From positions 9,858,001 to 9,922,000 of the forward strand of contig CP075497.1 in NCBI GenBank assembly GCA_021613535.1: 64,000 nucleotides of DNA, in the 5' to 3' direction. Of the stretch, positions 40,678 to 53,663 are shown piece after piece. The position numbers were made by a program, and so were the translations under genes. Position 1 is the stretch's first letter. The number at the start of each line of letters is the position of its first letter. The notes beneath the pieces were generated by a model, which was not told the origin of the DNA, ran no database searches, and worked only from the letters and a program-made list of their open reading frames with translations. This DNA comes from Adineta vaga (taxonomy: Eukaryota > Animalia > Rotifera).

Positions 40678-41034
40678 TTCTTTTGACTGAAAGAAATAAT
40701 ATGTTAGTAAGCATACACATACATTTCATAGCTTCTCATCAATCGACATTTACATCTCACTTCATGTCAAACTTCGTAGTAACGACCTCTATACATATTT
40801 CACGACAACAAGGTATATTTGTATTTAATGAAAAATCTTCGGAAAAAAAAATCAGGATAACATTTATGAATGATATTTGTATTTATCTTCTTTTCGACTA
40901 TCGCTCGATAATAATAAAAATATCCGATTGGTTGACTGATCTTTATGCTTTGTTTGTTCATTTCATTCATTCATTTTCTATACACTTTGTTCTATTATAA
41001 TATCAATCGACACTTTCATTGTTAACCATACTGA

Positions 41035-43273
41035 ATGAGTGCTGAACCGATGACTTCTTCGACAGAACAAACCGAATCTGTAGCAAATACATCAACAGTA
41101 GAAACGGCTGCTGACAATATTACAGAAAATACTGAAGTAAAACCAGTCAATGGTGCGGATGAAGAAGCAATGATAACAACGGAAAATAGTACCGGTAAAC
41201 GAAAACGATCAATAAAGAAAGTTGTTGAAAATACAGATAGTATTTCTAATGGACGTCCAAAACGTACCTTATCAAAACGTAAGTTAAAGAAAAATCATTT
41301 ATATCGATCTATAATATATGTCAATGTTAAGGTGAAGAAGTGCCAACACCTGTGATGAATGGTGCAGGAAAAGGAAATAAATCAAAAGTTGAACAAGTAA
41401 ATAATGATGATGAAGATGATGAACAAGAACGTGATAAGAATATTCCCGTACTCTATGATGTTGCTGATGTTGTGTGGGTAAAAATGGGTGGGCATCCATG
41501 GTAAGATTATCATTTTACTTGTTATGATTTTTACATGATGTTCTATTAGGTGGCCAAGTCTTATAATTCGAGACCCAAACGACTCTAGTGGAAATTTTAC
41601 TAAAGTATCTGGTATGTGATGAATTTTGAAAAAAGAATAATATAAGTATATATATATATATTTACAAATGTTAGGCAATGCTCGAGCAAAACGAATGTAT
41701 TTTGTTGTCTTCTATGGTTCAACAGCTGACTTTGCTTGGGTTTCCGATGCAGCAGTCATCGAATATAATGGTGTAGAAGCTTTTACTAAATATGCACAAG
41801 AAAATGTTGATAAAGTACGAATAATGATTACTGATGAAGAAGACCAGTCATTCATTTATAACTGTTTATAGGCACAAACAAAATCACAAAAAGAACAATT
41901 GACAGAACGATTTCAATTGAAAGTAACCATTGGTCGCCGTGAAGATTGGGAATCAGCAGTGCGTGAAGCTGATGATGCAATCAAACAAACTAGTGAAAAA
42001 CGTCTTGAAAATATCGAACCAAAGATTCACTTTTATACAAAGAAAATCGGTAAGAATATCAACATTCTAAATTTATTTATTTTTATTGTTTCTTCTCTTC
42101 AAGGTACTCCAAAAAGTCAAGGTGGTCGTCGACCAAAAGTACCGATAACAAAATCAGAAGAATCATCGGAACCTATGTTAACATCAACTATGGATCCTGC
42201 TGATCGTTCTTTATTGGCAGAAAAAACATTTGAATTTAAATCTGATGAAGAAGATTCAATACCTGAAACACCACTTCGAAAAATGCCATCTGTCAAAATA
42301 AAACTTAGTAAACAAGTATCTAACGATTCAGATTCAAATATAACACCACCATCCAAACGTACTTTAATACGTAAATCTGGTGCAATTGACGATAAACAAA
42401 GTTCTAATCCGCCAACAACTATTTTTGGTCAAACAGCCAATGGATCATCTGTTTCATACCAACAACGAGAACCGATTACTAATGCTGTCGATACGACTCC
42501 AACTAAATCGAATCCAACAGAAATGGTCAATGGTACAGGCAGTGCAAAGAAACGAGGACGACCAAGTGCTAATAAATCATCCGTATCATCAAGTAACGAC
42601 GATAGTCCAGCACCGGAATTTCATTCAGCAAGTCCATCGGTCACAACTAAATTTACTACACAAAGAAAACCAATTCAAAAACCACAAGCATTTATGAATT
42701 CATCTGTTTCTAGTGGTCAACATGATATCCGAACTGGGTTCTTATCACCATTTGAAGAACAAGAAGTACTTGATGCTCTTGATCAATTAGGTTCAACTAA
42801 AACATTTGAAGAAGCTGAACAAAAAGCAAAACGTCGATTTGAACATATTCTTTGTTTGAATCTTAATCGTACTCATGTAGATATTCCACAAGAATGTAAG
42901 TTACATATTTTTATTTTGTTTGAATATCTATATATCTATTTGTTTCCTAGGGTTTTATACCTTTTTGTTTTCACATCCATCATTAGTTATGAAGAATCCA
43001 CAATGGTTTTCTGACAAGAATAGTTCAGATACATTAAATGAGACTGATCTATTAAACAATGTTCAATCATCAAGTAGTTTAGCTGTACTTAAACATCAAC
43101 TTGTTGTTTTATCGAAATTATATCGTAATGAATTACAAGTTCGACCATCTGCATCTGCCAAAAACCGACGATCAACAGGCACTGGTGGTGGAAAACGAAA
43201 ATCAATGGAAAAAAAGCAAGATTTCGAAGAAGAAATTAATATGGATGACGATGAAGAAGAACTTATTAATTGA
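41035..43273 (+). CDS. Chromatin protein: NSD-type PWWP domain, AT-hook and C-terminal CENP-B-HTH-like domain; no SET domain
   Basis: YDVADVVWVKMGGHPWWPS (PWWP split by an intron), YFVVFYG..FAWV, WESAVREA; AT-hook KKRGRPS; C-terminal LSPFEE..WFYTFLFSHPSL. Confidence 0.85.
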
Positions 43274-44103
43274 ATATTGTACAAACAAACAGACATCAAA
43301 TAATATTTTTGCTTTTCTTATCTAAACTGTACATTACACTTTTTTTCTTCTTCTTCTATTCATGTATGTTTGCGTAGCTATCAAAAAACCCCCAAATACC
43401 ATGTATGTTAGATATGCTGAGTTAAACTCAATGATTATCAATGATAGTAGAAAGAATATCTAGATGTGTGTATGTGTGTGTATCTCGTATTCGTTAAATT
43501 GATTATTTTCTTCTTGTATTTGTTCAATCGGTTAGTATGTTACTACTGTTGTTCTTGCTGTTTTCGTCTCATTTGAAGAAAATAATAAATATCCTCTTTT
43601 TTTTCGTAAAATCGAAAGCATTTTGTGTCATGCATTCTACTACAAGAATAATCATGATAGAATATGCACGAGAGCAAAGATAAGTATGAGGGTATTCCCT
43701 CTCGAATCTTTGTCACATTTTTTTGCTATCTTAGAAGTGAATATCAGTGAAATGATCATTAAAGGAATATTTGTATTAAGAAGGATAAATAATCGATTGA
43801 ATCGTTTTGAACTTTCGCAGGTAGTATGAATGAAATAGATTCGAAAAATTCGTTGCTACAGTAATTTCATTCGACATTCACCTGTCACACTACAGAAAAA
43901 AAACGCATTTTGTTTTAATATTAAGATAGAAATACAAATGAAAAGCAATGATAAAGAAAAAATATATAGAAACTTGTCTAACAACACGCAAAGCATTGAA
44001 GAAGAAAAGAAAATCAAAAGAGAACCCAATTTTAGTCATGATATTTTGATGTATCTATATCTGACATCCAGTGGATGATAAACTAACATTATTCATTTTT
44101 CAT

Positions 44104-47100
44104 TTAAGTATGCATTCGACGATTTGTTTGTTCGTGTTTTTGTACTTTTTTCAATGCATCAATGATTGATACGGTGACATTCATTTGTCCAATAATTTGT
44201 CTTTCGCTATTCAAGTCATATACTTAATAAGAAAGATAAATGTGAGAACAAAATCAATTATCTCAAAAGAAATTTCATTTACCATCAATATTTTGATCAT
44301 TAAGATCTTTGTTCTTACGTAACAATTCTTTAGCATTAACTGTTGCGATACCAATATCAACACATTCAAGATCTGGTTGATCTTCAGGTGGTTCAGCGAC
44401 AACAACAAATTTAATCCTAAATGAAGTCATTTTAATATTGTCATATGATAAATCTTCACTTACTCTCCCGATGATCCTGGTCCGACAAGTTCAGCAAGTT
44501 GTTGTCTCTTTTGTGGAACATTAATAGCACAAACTTTAAAAGAGTTAAATGTTTTTCTTTCAATAAGAATAAAATATTACAAACCTTCTTGAAAACCAAA
44601 ACTATATTTGGTATTTGGTTCACCTTTCACCAACGAATAAGGTGTTTCAAGTTCTTTTTCATAATCAAGAAATTCGACGCTAACAAAGACTTTTTCACAG
44701 TTATCATCATCAAAAATAGGACAGTTTTCATTCAATACAAGATCATTTACACCAATTGTTACAACATCTTCTTGTTTATTCGAATTAGCAGATGCTGTAC
44801 TTTGATAAATAATATCAGGATCTGATTCATCAACAACACGTGTTGACGTTATTGGTCCAGTCTCAACATCAGATGATTCTAAAGGAAGAATTGTTAATCA
44901 ATAGAATCTTCACTATGGTAAAGAAATTTCAAGCTGTAGATAGTTTAATACTGTTTTCTCTCATGAGAGGAAAATGTTTATGGATAGTTACCAGGTGATA
45001 TTGTACGATTTGTTTCGTCGGGAATCGAATGTTCCTACAATTCAACAGCAATAAGATAAACTGATTTTTCTAGAAGAAGATATTAAATAACAAACCCCGT
45101 TAGGAAATCGAATGGATGTACTGTCATCTTGATTATCAAAACTAACTGAAATATCATATAGATATGTATTGAAATAATTTAGTTATGTAGATTTATTTAC
45201 CTCGTTTGCTATTCGTACTTGTAATCGATGCAGTTCGAGGATGATGATTTTTATTCGTATCACGAACTGGCCGTGAAACACTCGATGCTGGAACTCCAGA
45301 ACTATTTCTTGGTATATCTTCAAAAAGAAAAGAAAAGACCAATTTGTGATAGACAATATTCGATTTGTGGTTTACCTCGTTTTGGTTTTTGGTCACTATC
45401 AGATCCTGATATATCTTGAGGTTTTAATCTTACATTCATTTCTCTTTGTTTTTCTGCAAGTGTTTTATGTCCTGATACACTTTCATCTGGTAATAAAGCT
45501 AATGGTTCACGATGATTTGTTGGTACACTTTTTGAACGTTGGTTTGGTGTACGAGTTGAAGCTGATGGTGGTAAATATGTATGCGTCCATTTAAGTGATA
45601 CATCCATTGTACCATTTCTTTCTCCCTGATCATTGAACATATCAAATGTACCTCGAATTTGATTATCATGTGATAAAGATATTAATGGTATATCAGCACG
45701 TGCAACAAAACGATCATCTTTCTGATCACGATCGTCGAAAACAAAGATTGTTAGTTGAGATTGTTTGAGATAACGATCAAGATCAGCATCCATTTGAACT
45801 GGATATTGATTCCGATCATCAAAATTCGGATTATTCGATGATGGAATTGTTATAGTATCATGATCGACGAAATCATAAAATTTATATATACAATAAAGAT
45901 CAGGTTGACGATCTGAAGAGTAGAGGAAAAAAAATAATGATTGATAGAATAAAAAATCTTTTAGTTTTACCAGGTGATGCTGCTTTAACATTTGAACAAT
46001 TCAAAATAGCAATCGTTAATTCATTCATATTTGGATCAAGTTCATGTCGTTGTGGAATATCATCCGATGTTTTAGTTGATTGGCGACTTGTTGTAGCAAT
46101 ATAACCTTGTGCTTTCATTTTTTCTTTTAATAAACGGAATGCTTGTTCCATAGGTACACGTAATCGAACCCAATATTCGATAACACCAAATGCTCCAATA
46201 TCAATATTATTTTGATGAGATGCAATTAATTTTGCTGTACCATGTAAACGACCTTGATTACCTAAATTGATAATTAAGAAATCGGTAATCAAAATTTCTT
46301 TCTTTAATTACCTTCAACAAGTTGTTTCAAACTAAGTTTACATGCAGCAATTGTTTGAAATGATTGTCCAACTGTTTGATGAAGTTCAATAAGTGTATAT
46401 TCTTTTTGTAAATAATATAAAAGAAAATCATCAACATTAACAATATATTGAGCCGTGAAATTATATTCTGGTATTCGCCCTTTAATAATTGGTGTCATTT
46501 GTAATTCATGTTCGAAGAATTCAATCGAACAGAACGTTGATGGTTCATTATTTTTACCAAAATATTCTAATGCACGTTCATTAAATGAAGCACGACTTAT
46601 ATGAATTTCAATAAGATTTTGACCACGTTCAAGTTCAATAGCATCTTCAATTAATTCATTGTTAAGATTACCATCAGTTGTTGGTTGTTCTTGAACACGA
46701 TATTGACGTGTACCATATGCAACATCTTTCAAAGATCTAGAATAAATTGAAAGACATGTATGAATGAATTCTGAAGACTAGATTTCGTTAAATAATATAC
46801 TTTTCTAATTTACGAATACGATCAGCACGAATATCCAATAATTGTCCACTTTCAAGTACACGTGATGAATATTCGGCTTGATTTTCATCCATTTTTCTTT
46901 GAACACAATCAACCTAGTAATCAACAGATTAAAATTTGATGAACGAAAAGAAAACGAATGATTTCTACTTCAAGTTTATAATCTCGATTAATTTTGTATT
47001 GCATTACTAATAAATTACGAGTTTTTTCTAATTCATTTACTGTTTCAGCTAATTGACTTTCTAATTCAAGTATTCGTCGATTTACATCTATACACAACAA

Positions 47101-49162
47101 AAGAATAAAATAAATTTTGTTTCCCTTTCCTGTTTTTCTTACTTTGTGATTTTTCATCATCGACTTTTTGTAGAAAATCAAAGTTGGGTTCTTGTCGTTG
47201 TTTACGTTGACGTAATATAATCAATGCTTCTTCAATTTCCTTCATATTAATATCACTTTCCTATTATTATAAAGATATAAGAATTTTCTCTACAAAAGAA
47301 TTCAAATAACTCACTCGTTCAAAAAATCTCATCTTTTCAGCTAAATCATCGTATTTTTCTTTCATTTCTAAATATTTTAAATGCATTGTTCGCTGATCAT
47401 CATCCGTTTTTTGATATGCATCTTTAAACAAAAATCTTTTTGTTTCTTTTCATTGGAACAAAAGATTTTCATTACTTTTTTCTAATGTTAATCTATCCAA
47501 TAGATTTCCTCGTTCACCTAAATCAGCTTTAATTGTTGCTTCAAGTTGAGCAATTTGTAATCGTAATGCTCGTTCTTTCTCACGAAATTCTCGTTCTCGA
47601 TCATTATTGAATGCTGAATCGACTATTTTCCTATTTGCTTCTTTCAATACGTCACATTCACGACGAAAATCTTCAATTTGTAAATTGAGCTAAAAGAAGC
47701 GAAGAATCGTTTTTCAAAATACAAAACGAGCTCTTTCTATTGAACTAGATACCTCGTGAATGACGGTATTTGAACGTGAACCATTTCTTAATTCATTACG
47801 TAACTGTAATGCTCGTTGTTGTTCATCTTTAATTTGTCTATCGAGTCGATCAATTTCTTTCAATAATTCGGCATTTGTTACTTGAAGTGATCGATTTTGC
47901 TACAAGAGAAAGAAACAAAATAATTGATCATTGTAAAAACGATTCTATCAACCGATTCAAAACTTGAACATTGAGTTTGTAAACGTCTTAATTCATCAGA
48001 TTTATCACGTAAATCACGTTGTAAACGAATCATATCGATATTTTCTTGTAGATTTACACGTGAATCTCCACCTGTTGGTTGTGATCGTAAACGTAATAGA
48101 TTTTGATCATGTTCATTATCACGTTGTGATAATTGCTGACGAAGATGTTCCACTTGTTGTTCATATGAACTTAATTGTTGTTGAGCTCTTTCCAACGATT
48201 CTTGTCTAAGTTGATATTCTTTTTTTTCTGATTTTAGATGAAAATATATACTTACAAATGTTTATTTGTCATTTGAGCATCTTCTAACAATCCACTATTC
48301 ATTCGTGGAGTTGTTCCAGATGTTCTAAAAGAAATTATAATTTCAAAGTTTTAAATTTCGAGATTGACTCAATCGACTATTCTTAATAGAGAACGAAGAT
48401 AAAAATAATTACCTGAATGAATCTCTTGCACCAACAACACGAATGTTATGAAGTAAAGGTGATGGTATTCGTTTTGGTTGTCCCTAAAAATATATATTCG
48501 ACAAAATATTCAATGAATGATAATTATTGCTTTCTATTACGGTATCAATTCTTGATGAAACTCCTTCGTAAATAGAACCTGATTTTTTAAGTTGTTGTGA
48601 TTGTTGTTGTGAAACATTCAAACGTTGTTTCAATAGTTTATTTTGTTCACGTAATTCAGAGATTTTGTTACGAAATTCAGCAAGTTGATTTTCAGTTTCA
48701 GAATCACGAATGCTTGATTTAGCACCTAATTAAAAAGATAATGAGATAATATCAAAAATTCTAGAGACTTTTATCTACCAAATGGAACAGCTTCACTTTT
48801 CTTTTTATCTTCAATAACTTTCGTTAATTTTGTTGCTAATCTAAAGAAAATACGAGATGAATTTGATTCAGATATTCCCAATTGACTTTACTTTTTAATT
48901 TTATCTTCTTGTTTTCGAGCATGTTGTTTGAGAACTAAATGATCATCATATAAACGTAAATATCGATCTTGTAATTCAGATGGATCAAGTTTTGCTATCA
49001 TTTGCCGTTCACTTGATATTCGTTTAGCTTGACCTGAAATTTTTTTATAAGATTTAATATACATAATATACATCAATTTAAGTTTAATTTTAATTTTTAA
49101 TTACCTTGAGGACGGTCAAGGCCAGATGTCATACTCGTATCTTGTGTGGGAGTCCAATCCAT
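44104..49162 (-). CDS. RPGRIP1L: RPGRIP1-like (fantom) transition-zone protein: coiled coils plus C2 domains
   Basis: ELQDRYLRL..LKQHARKQEDKIK; ELEKTRNLLVMQYKINRDYK; LKDVAYGT; LERGQNLIEIHI; C2 motifs YKFYDFVDHDT and VVAEPPED. Confidence 0.93.
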
Positions 49163-49856
49163 CACTATGCTTTCTATGTCTTTTGTTTTTCGTGATGTAT
49201 AGAAATGTTTACATCAAAAGAAAAGGGACAATTCAGCAAAGTCTACTAAATCTTCCTCTTAGAAATACGATCTACAAATAATCCGAGTAAGAATTTGTAC
49301 GCGTCTCGATGATAGTATACCATCGTAGCATTTGAAATATGTTGCGTTACCAGGATGTGTTACTCACGTATGAAAGAGAATGATTATTCTGATGATAGAT
49401 GGCAGAACTGTGCAATATCGATTTATTTTAAACATAAAAACAAAGAATTGAAATTTTGTGTTGTAATGCAAGAAATCAATATGTCATAATTCGAAATATT
49501 CATCTTTTTTTCTCGTATTTATTATGAAAAATAATCCAATATGTATTGAATACAATCTAATATACATCTTTGCGTTTTCCAAGCAGGAATATACATTTTT
49601 ATACATTCGTTCACTGATTTTAAAGCATGCTTCGGTTCGCTTGGTCATCAAATGACGACGTGTATTCGAAGTAGAAAATAACAAGCAAGATTATTAGCAA
49701 AACTGTCCAAGTCAGAAACAAAGAAACGCACACACGTACAAAGACAAAAAAAAACATTTTAGAACTAATAAAGATAATCCTATGTGCAAAACAAAAGCGA
49801 CCATCTGAGCATCTATGAATAAGAATAAGAAGAAGAAGAAGAAAAAAAAGAGATTA

Positions 49857-52800
49857 TTATTCCGTTTTTGTATTGGTCTCTGACGATGATGATGATGATG
49901 AAGATTGTGATCGTTCTTCACTTTTTTCTATTGTTGCCAATTGATGATTCGTATTCGATCCATTGGCAATAGTTAAAGATGTTTCACGAAGTTCATCAAG
50001 TGGATTCATAAAAGCATCATCAAGACCAGCCATTGTTATTAATTCACCCAAACTACAAATAGGAAAAGATGAGCTTTTTCTAAAACATATGAAAAAAAAA
50101 CATTTACCGTTTTGATCGAAGAAAGTCAAGAAATTTTTGAAATTTTTGAAATGTATTTTCTACAACTGCACAAAATTGATCTTGTTGTCGTTGTGCTAAA
50201 TCATTTTTTGTTAAAATCTAATGAACAAAATTGACATTATTCATTGATAGAAAAAAAAAACTTCCTCATATCCGTACCTGTTGAAGTTGTTCTTCTAATT
50301 GTTTCTTCGCTTGACGTTCTTCTCGTAATTTGCTTTCCAATCTTTGTATACGACTCTAGAAGACAAAAAGAAAGGATTAAGTCTTTTTTCAAGTATTCTT
50401 ATTAAATATAATACAATTGTATTATCCTTGACTTGTTGTTGTTGTTGTTGAAAATCTCCACCTGCGCCATAAATTGATTCTTCCGAAGAATGAAAGGCAC
50501 GTGTTGGTAGCTTAGGTGGAAATCCACTTATAGAAAGAAAAAAAATGAAAGATGATTTCTAGAATAGCTTAATAAAGATTAACATACGGAAGGCGAGTTG
50601 CGCGAGCAGCTGTTCTCCATGGAATTCCATCACTTCTTGGTTCTGTCGAAACAGAACCCGTGGATTTACTTCGTTGTAATTTATTTGGATCAATAGGTGT
50701 TTTCAATTGGAAGTGAATTGGACGATTTGCACCTGTTGTTGTCGTTGTTCGAGCAATTTTTGATCGAGGACGTCGAGGTGATTCAAGTTTTAACCATTTA
50801 TACTATATCAAAATAAGTCCATGTAAGCAAATTTCTTTTAAAATGAATACAAACTTCACATAAACGATCATCTTCACAATTGACTAATAGTTGTTCTATA
50901 AGTTTCTCCATGACATCTCGATCAACAAGTGGATTATTACGAATATCAATGATATGTATAAGACTATTATAATTAGCTGCATTTAAAAATTCTTTAGCAC
51001 CACTGGTTGAGATCGCACAATCTTGTAGATCGAGAGCTAAAAAATGAAAATCAGTAATTTACTTTCGATCGTACCAATACATAGATTGTCAATCGACAAA
51101 TTAAAGTAACAGAACGATTCACTCTATTATTCAATCAAATATGATCACATCCTTTTTACATCATTGTCAGAGAGAGAGAGAGACACTTCATTAACATCCG
51201 ATATTATTTCTTTCATAGACAAAAAAATGTATTTCCAATGGATTATATAAAATAGAAAACTATTATTTACATAACTAACAAAGTATTAATATGCAATTGA
51301 TTAGAAAGATCGATATGTTCTATAATAAGATAAGAAAACACAATTTACCTTTAATCCAAAGATCTGCTTCGATGACTTCAGCTAGAAATGTCGCACCACG
51401 ATCAGCAATTAATGGATTCCTGTTTAATGTAACACGTCGTAAACCAGACATATGATCCAACATGGGATTTTGATATGGTAAACTTTCTTTTTGTTGATGA
51501 CGAAGACTTTCTTTCCAAACATCAGTGTGACGTCGATTGCCTTGTTGCTAGAAAATCCCCAAACAATTCTCTACTTGATCAAACTTGACTCAATTTTTAT
51601 GATCTTCTTCTTATTCTGTTCTTCATAAACACAAAAAGAAAACTTCGTAGGCTACTTATTCTACACTTGTCATGCGATAGAACGAGCACGCAATAAGAAA
51701 CTTTGAATAATTACCCGATTTATTTCCCCTCTCTCTCTTTATTCACATTGTATTTTCTTCTTTGAATTCATTTGTCGTATTATTTTAGTCATGATAATAA
51801 ACAATCAAACGATGTCACTGTTACCAGCAGACTTACTTTTCTCAATGGATCACCTAGCTGCGATATTCAGTCTTTTATTTATTCTTCTCATTATATTAGT
51901 CGTTATACTTCTATTATTCTTTCATCAACGAAATACAAGTGCTTTTGATGAACATGAATTAGTTAACGAGTATGATCAAACAAGTACGGAGAACAAGGCA
52001 CTAGAGCCAACAAATTCTAGACAATATGCATCGATTGATAAGAATCAATCGATACCTATGGCAACAATGGATATTGATGAAGATATCACTCGATCAACAA
52101 CAAGTCTAATATCATCCAAATAATTATAAAAACTTTCAATATTGTTTTGTGTGATTATTCTTTTCAAATATATAGAATAACAAATGGTTCCTTACTCGAA
52201 TGAGATCAGCTATGATATGTGCACCTTGACTTGTTAATGAACAAGCTGAAAAGTCGACTTCACGAATTTTCGATGCTTGATTTAGATGTCGACAAAGAAC
52301 TAAAAGCATTTCATTGGTTTTCTTTTTTCAGAAATTACAACTTCACTTACTATCAAGTCCTTCGTCACCAATTGGACTATTTGTTAGACGAAAATGAACG
52401 AGTGATTTACATTTTGCAAGGCCCTATAAGAGATTCGATCTATATGAAGCTATCTTTTTCTTAATAGTACCTGAGCTAAAACTGTTAAATCTTTACGTCG
52501 AAATGGTAGACCATCGAGTTCAAGTAAGACAAGTTCGGTTGTTATTAAAAGACTATCTTTAATATGTGTGCAAACTTTTGATAATAATTCTTTTGATTGA
52601 AATAATGGTGGCCGTTTTGAAGCAGATGAAGCTCGTTTTAATGTTCGTCGTTCAGCTAAATTGAAAAAGAAATGAATTCTAATCGATATTTTTTATCATT
52701 GATGAAAGAATGAAACAAACCTTCAGCGAAATTAGTTGATAATGAATTGTAATATTGACTACGTAATGTAAGAGAACGAAGTGTTTTGCATGTACCAATA

Positions 52801-53041
52801 GCAGAACATAATGGTGTCCAATCATCAAAACTAATCAAACGAATTCTTCAAAGAAATAAATCAAAGAACAAATCTAAACATACCGAAGAGTATCTGTATC
52901 TAAATCAATAACTCCTGTATCAAGTTTGATTTTCACGCTTGATAAAGGTAGTAAATGATATTGACGACAATAATCATCATATTTAGCACCAAAATCGCAT
53001 GGAACATCTGATGGTGTTTTCGATATTGGATCAACACGCAT
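49857..53041 (-). CDS. CEP78: Centrosomal protein 78 (LRR plus coiled coil)
   Basis: DFGAKYDDYC..LP..VK..L..GVIDLDTD.LR.DDWTPL; WKESLR; MSGLRRVTLNRNPLIADRGA..DLWIKALDLQDC. Confidence 0.9.
51791..52123 (+). CDS. Small single-pass membrane protein nested antisense in a CEP78 intron
   Basis: 110-codon intronless ORF with a hydrophobic helix (LAAIFSLLFILLIILVVILLLFF) and an acidic tail; lies wholly within the 648-nt CEP78 intron 51548-52195. Confidence 0.55.
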   Translation: MIINNQTMSLLPADLLFSMDHLAAIFSLLFILLIILVVILLLFFHQRNTSAFDEHELVNEYDQTSTENKALEPTNSRQYASIDKNQSIPMATMDIDEDITRSTTSLISSK

Positions 53042-53663
53042 GATTTTCTCTAAAAAAAACAGTTTTTCTAATCAAAAAAGGACATTTCTTTCTTTGAATG
53101 ATCGTGTCTTTTTGTGGTTAATACTGACTGGATGAATAGAACAAGGCACCAGTTTTTCCATGTCGCTAAGTACATGTCCTCGATATTGTTTGCAGAAATT
53201 TCTCTGATATTTATTTTTCATTTCTGTTTTATTTTTTTCTTCTATTAATCTTCCAGTTAAAAATTAGGTTTCAAACAAATTTATTTCGGATAGATGTCGT
53301 TTTGACTATGTTCCTTTTTTTCGATACATTAAAATATCCGTCCCACATGTTTGCTAACTGTTTTGATGATAAAAATAAAACATCGTATTGCCTTTGCAAT
53401 AACATGAAAAAAAGAAAAATATTAAGTACTTCTCAGCTGTTCTTGCACAACCAATTGTCAATACTGCAATATTTCTTGATGTTGTGAATAAATCTGTCCT
53501 CATTTTATTTGCTTTTCTTACTTCTTCTTGTGCAACATCGTTATTATCTAACTTGAGCGTTAAATTAGAAATATTCTCGTTTAAATACTCCAAACACTTG
53601 CTTTATCGGCTTTCATTTTTCACGTTATTGAGTCGTATTCTACAATAGTGAGCAATAAGTATA

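Noticed and set aside
53100-53640. Small gene or vault RNA between CEP78 and TEP1 (ORF 53354-53593)
   Set aside because: There is no ATG-initiated coherent spliced model and no Pol III box A/B pair with a terminator. It is more likely promoter and 5'UTR sequence.
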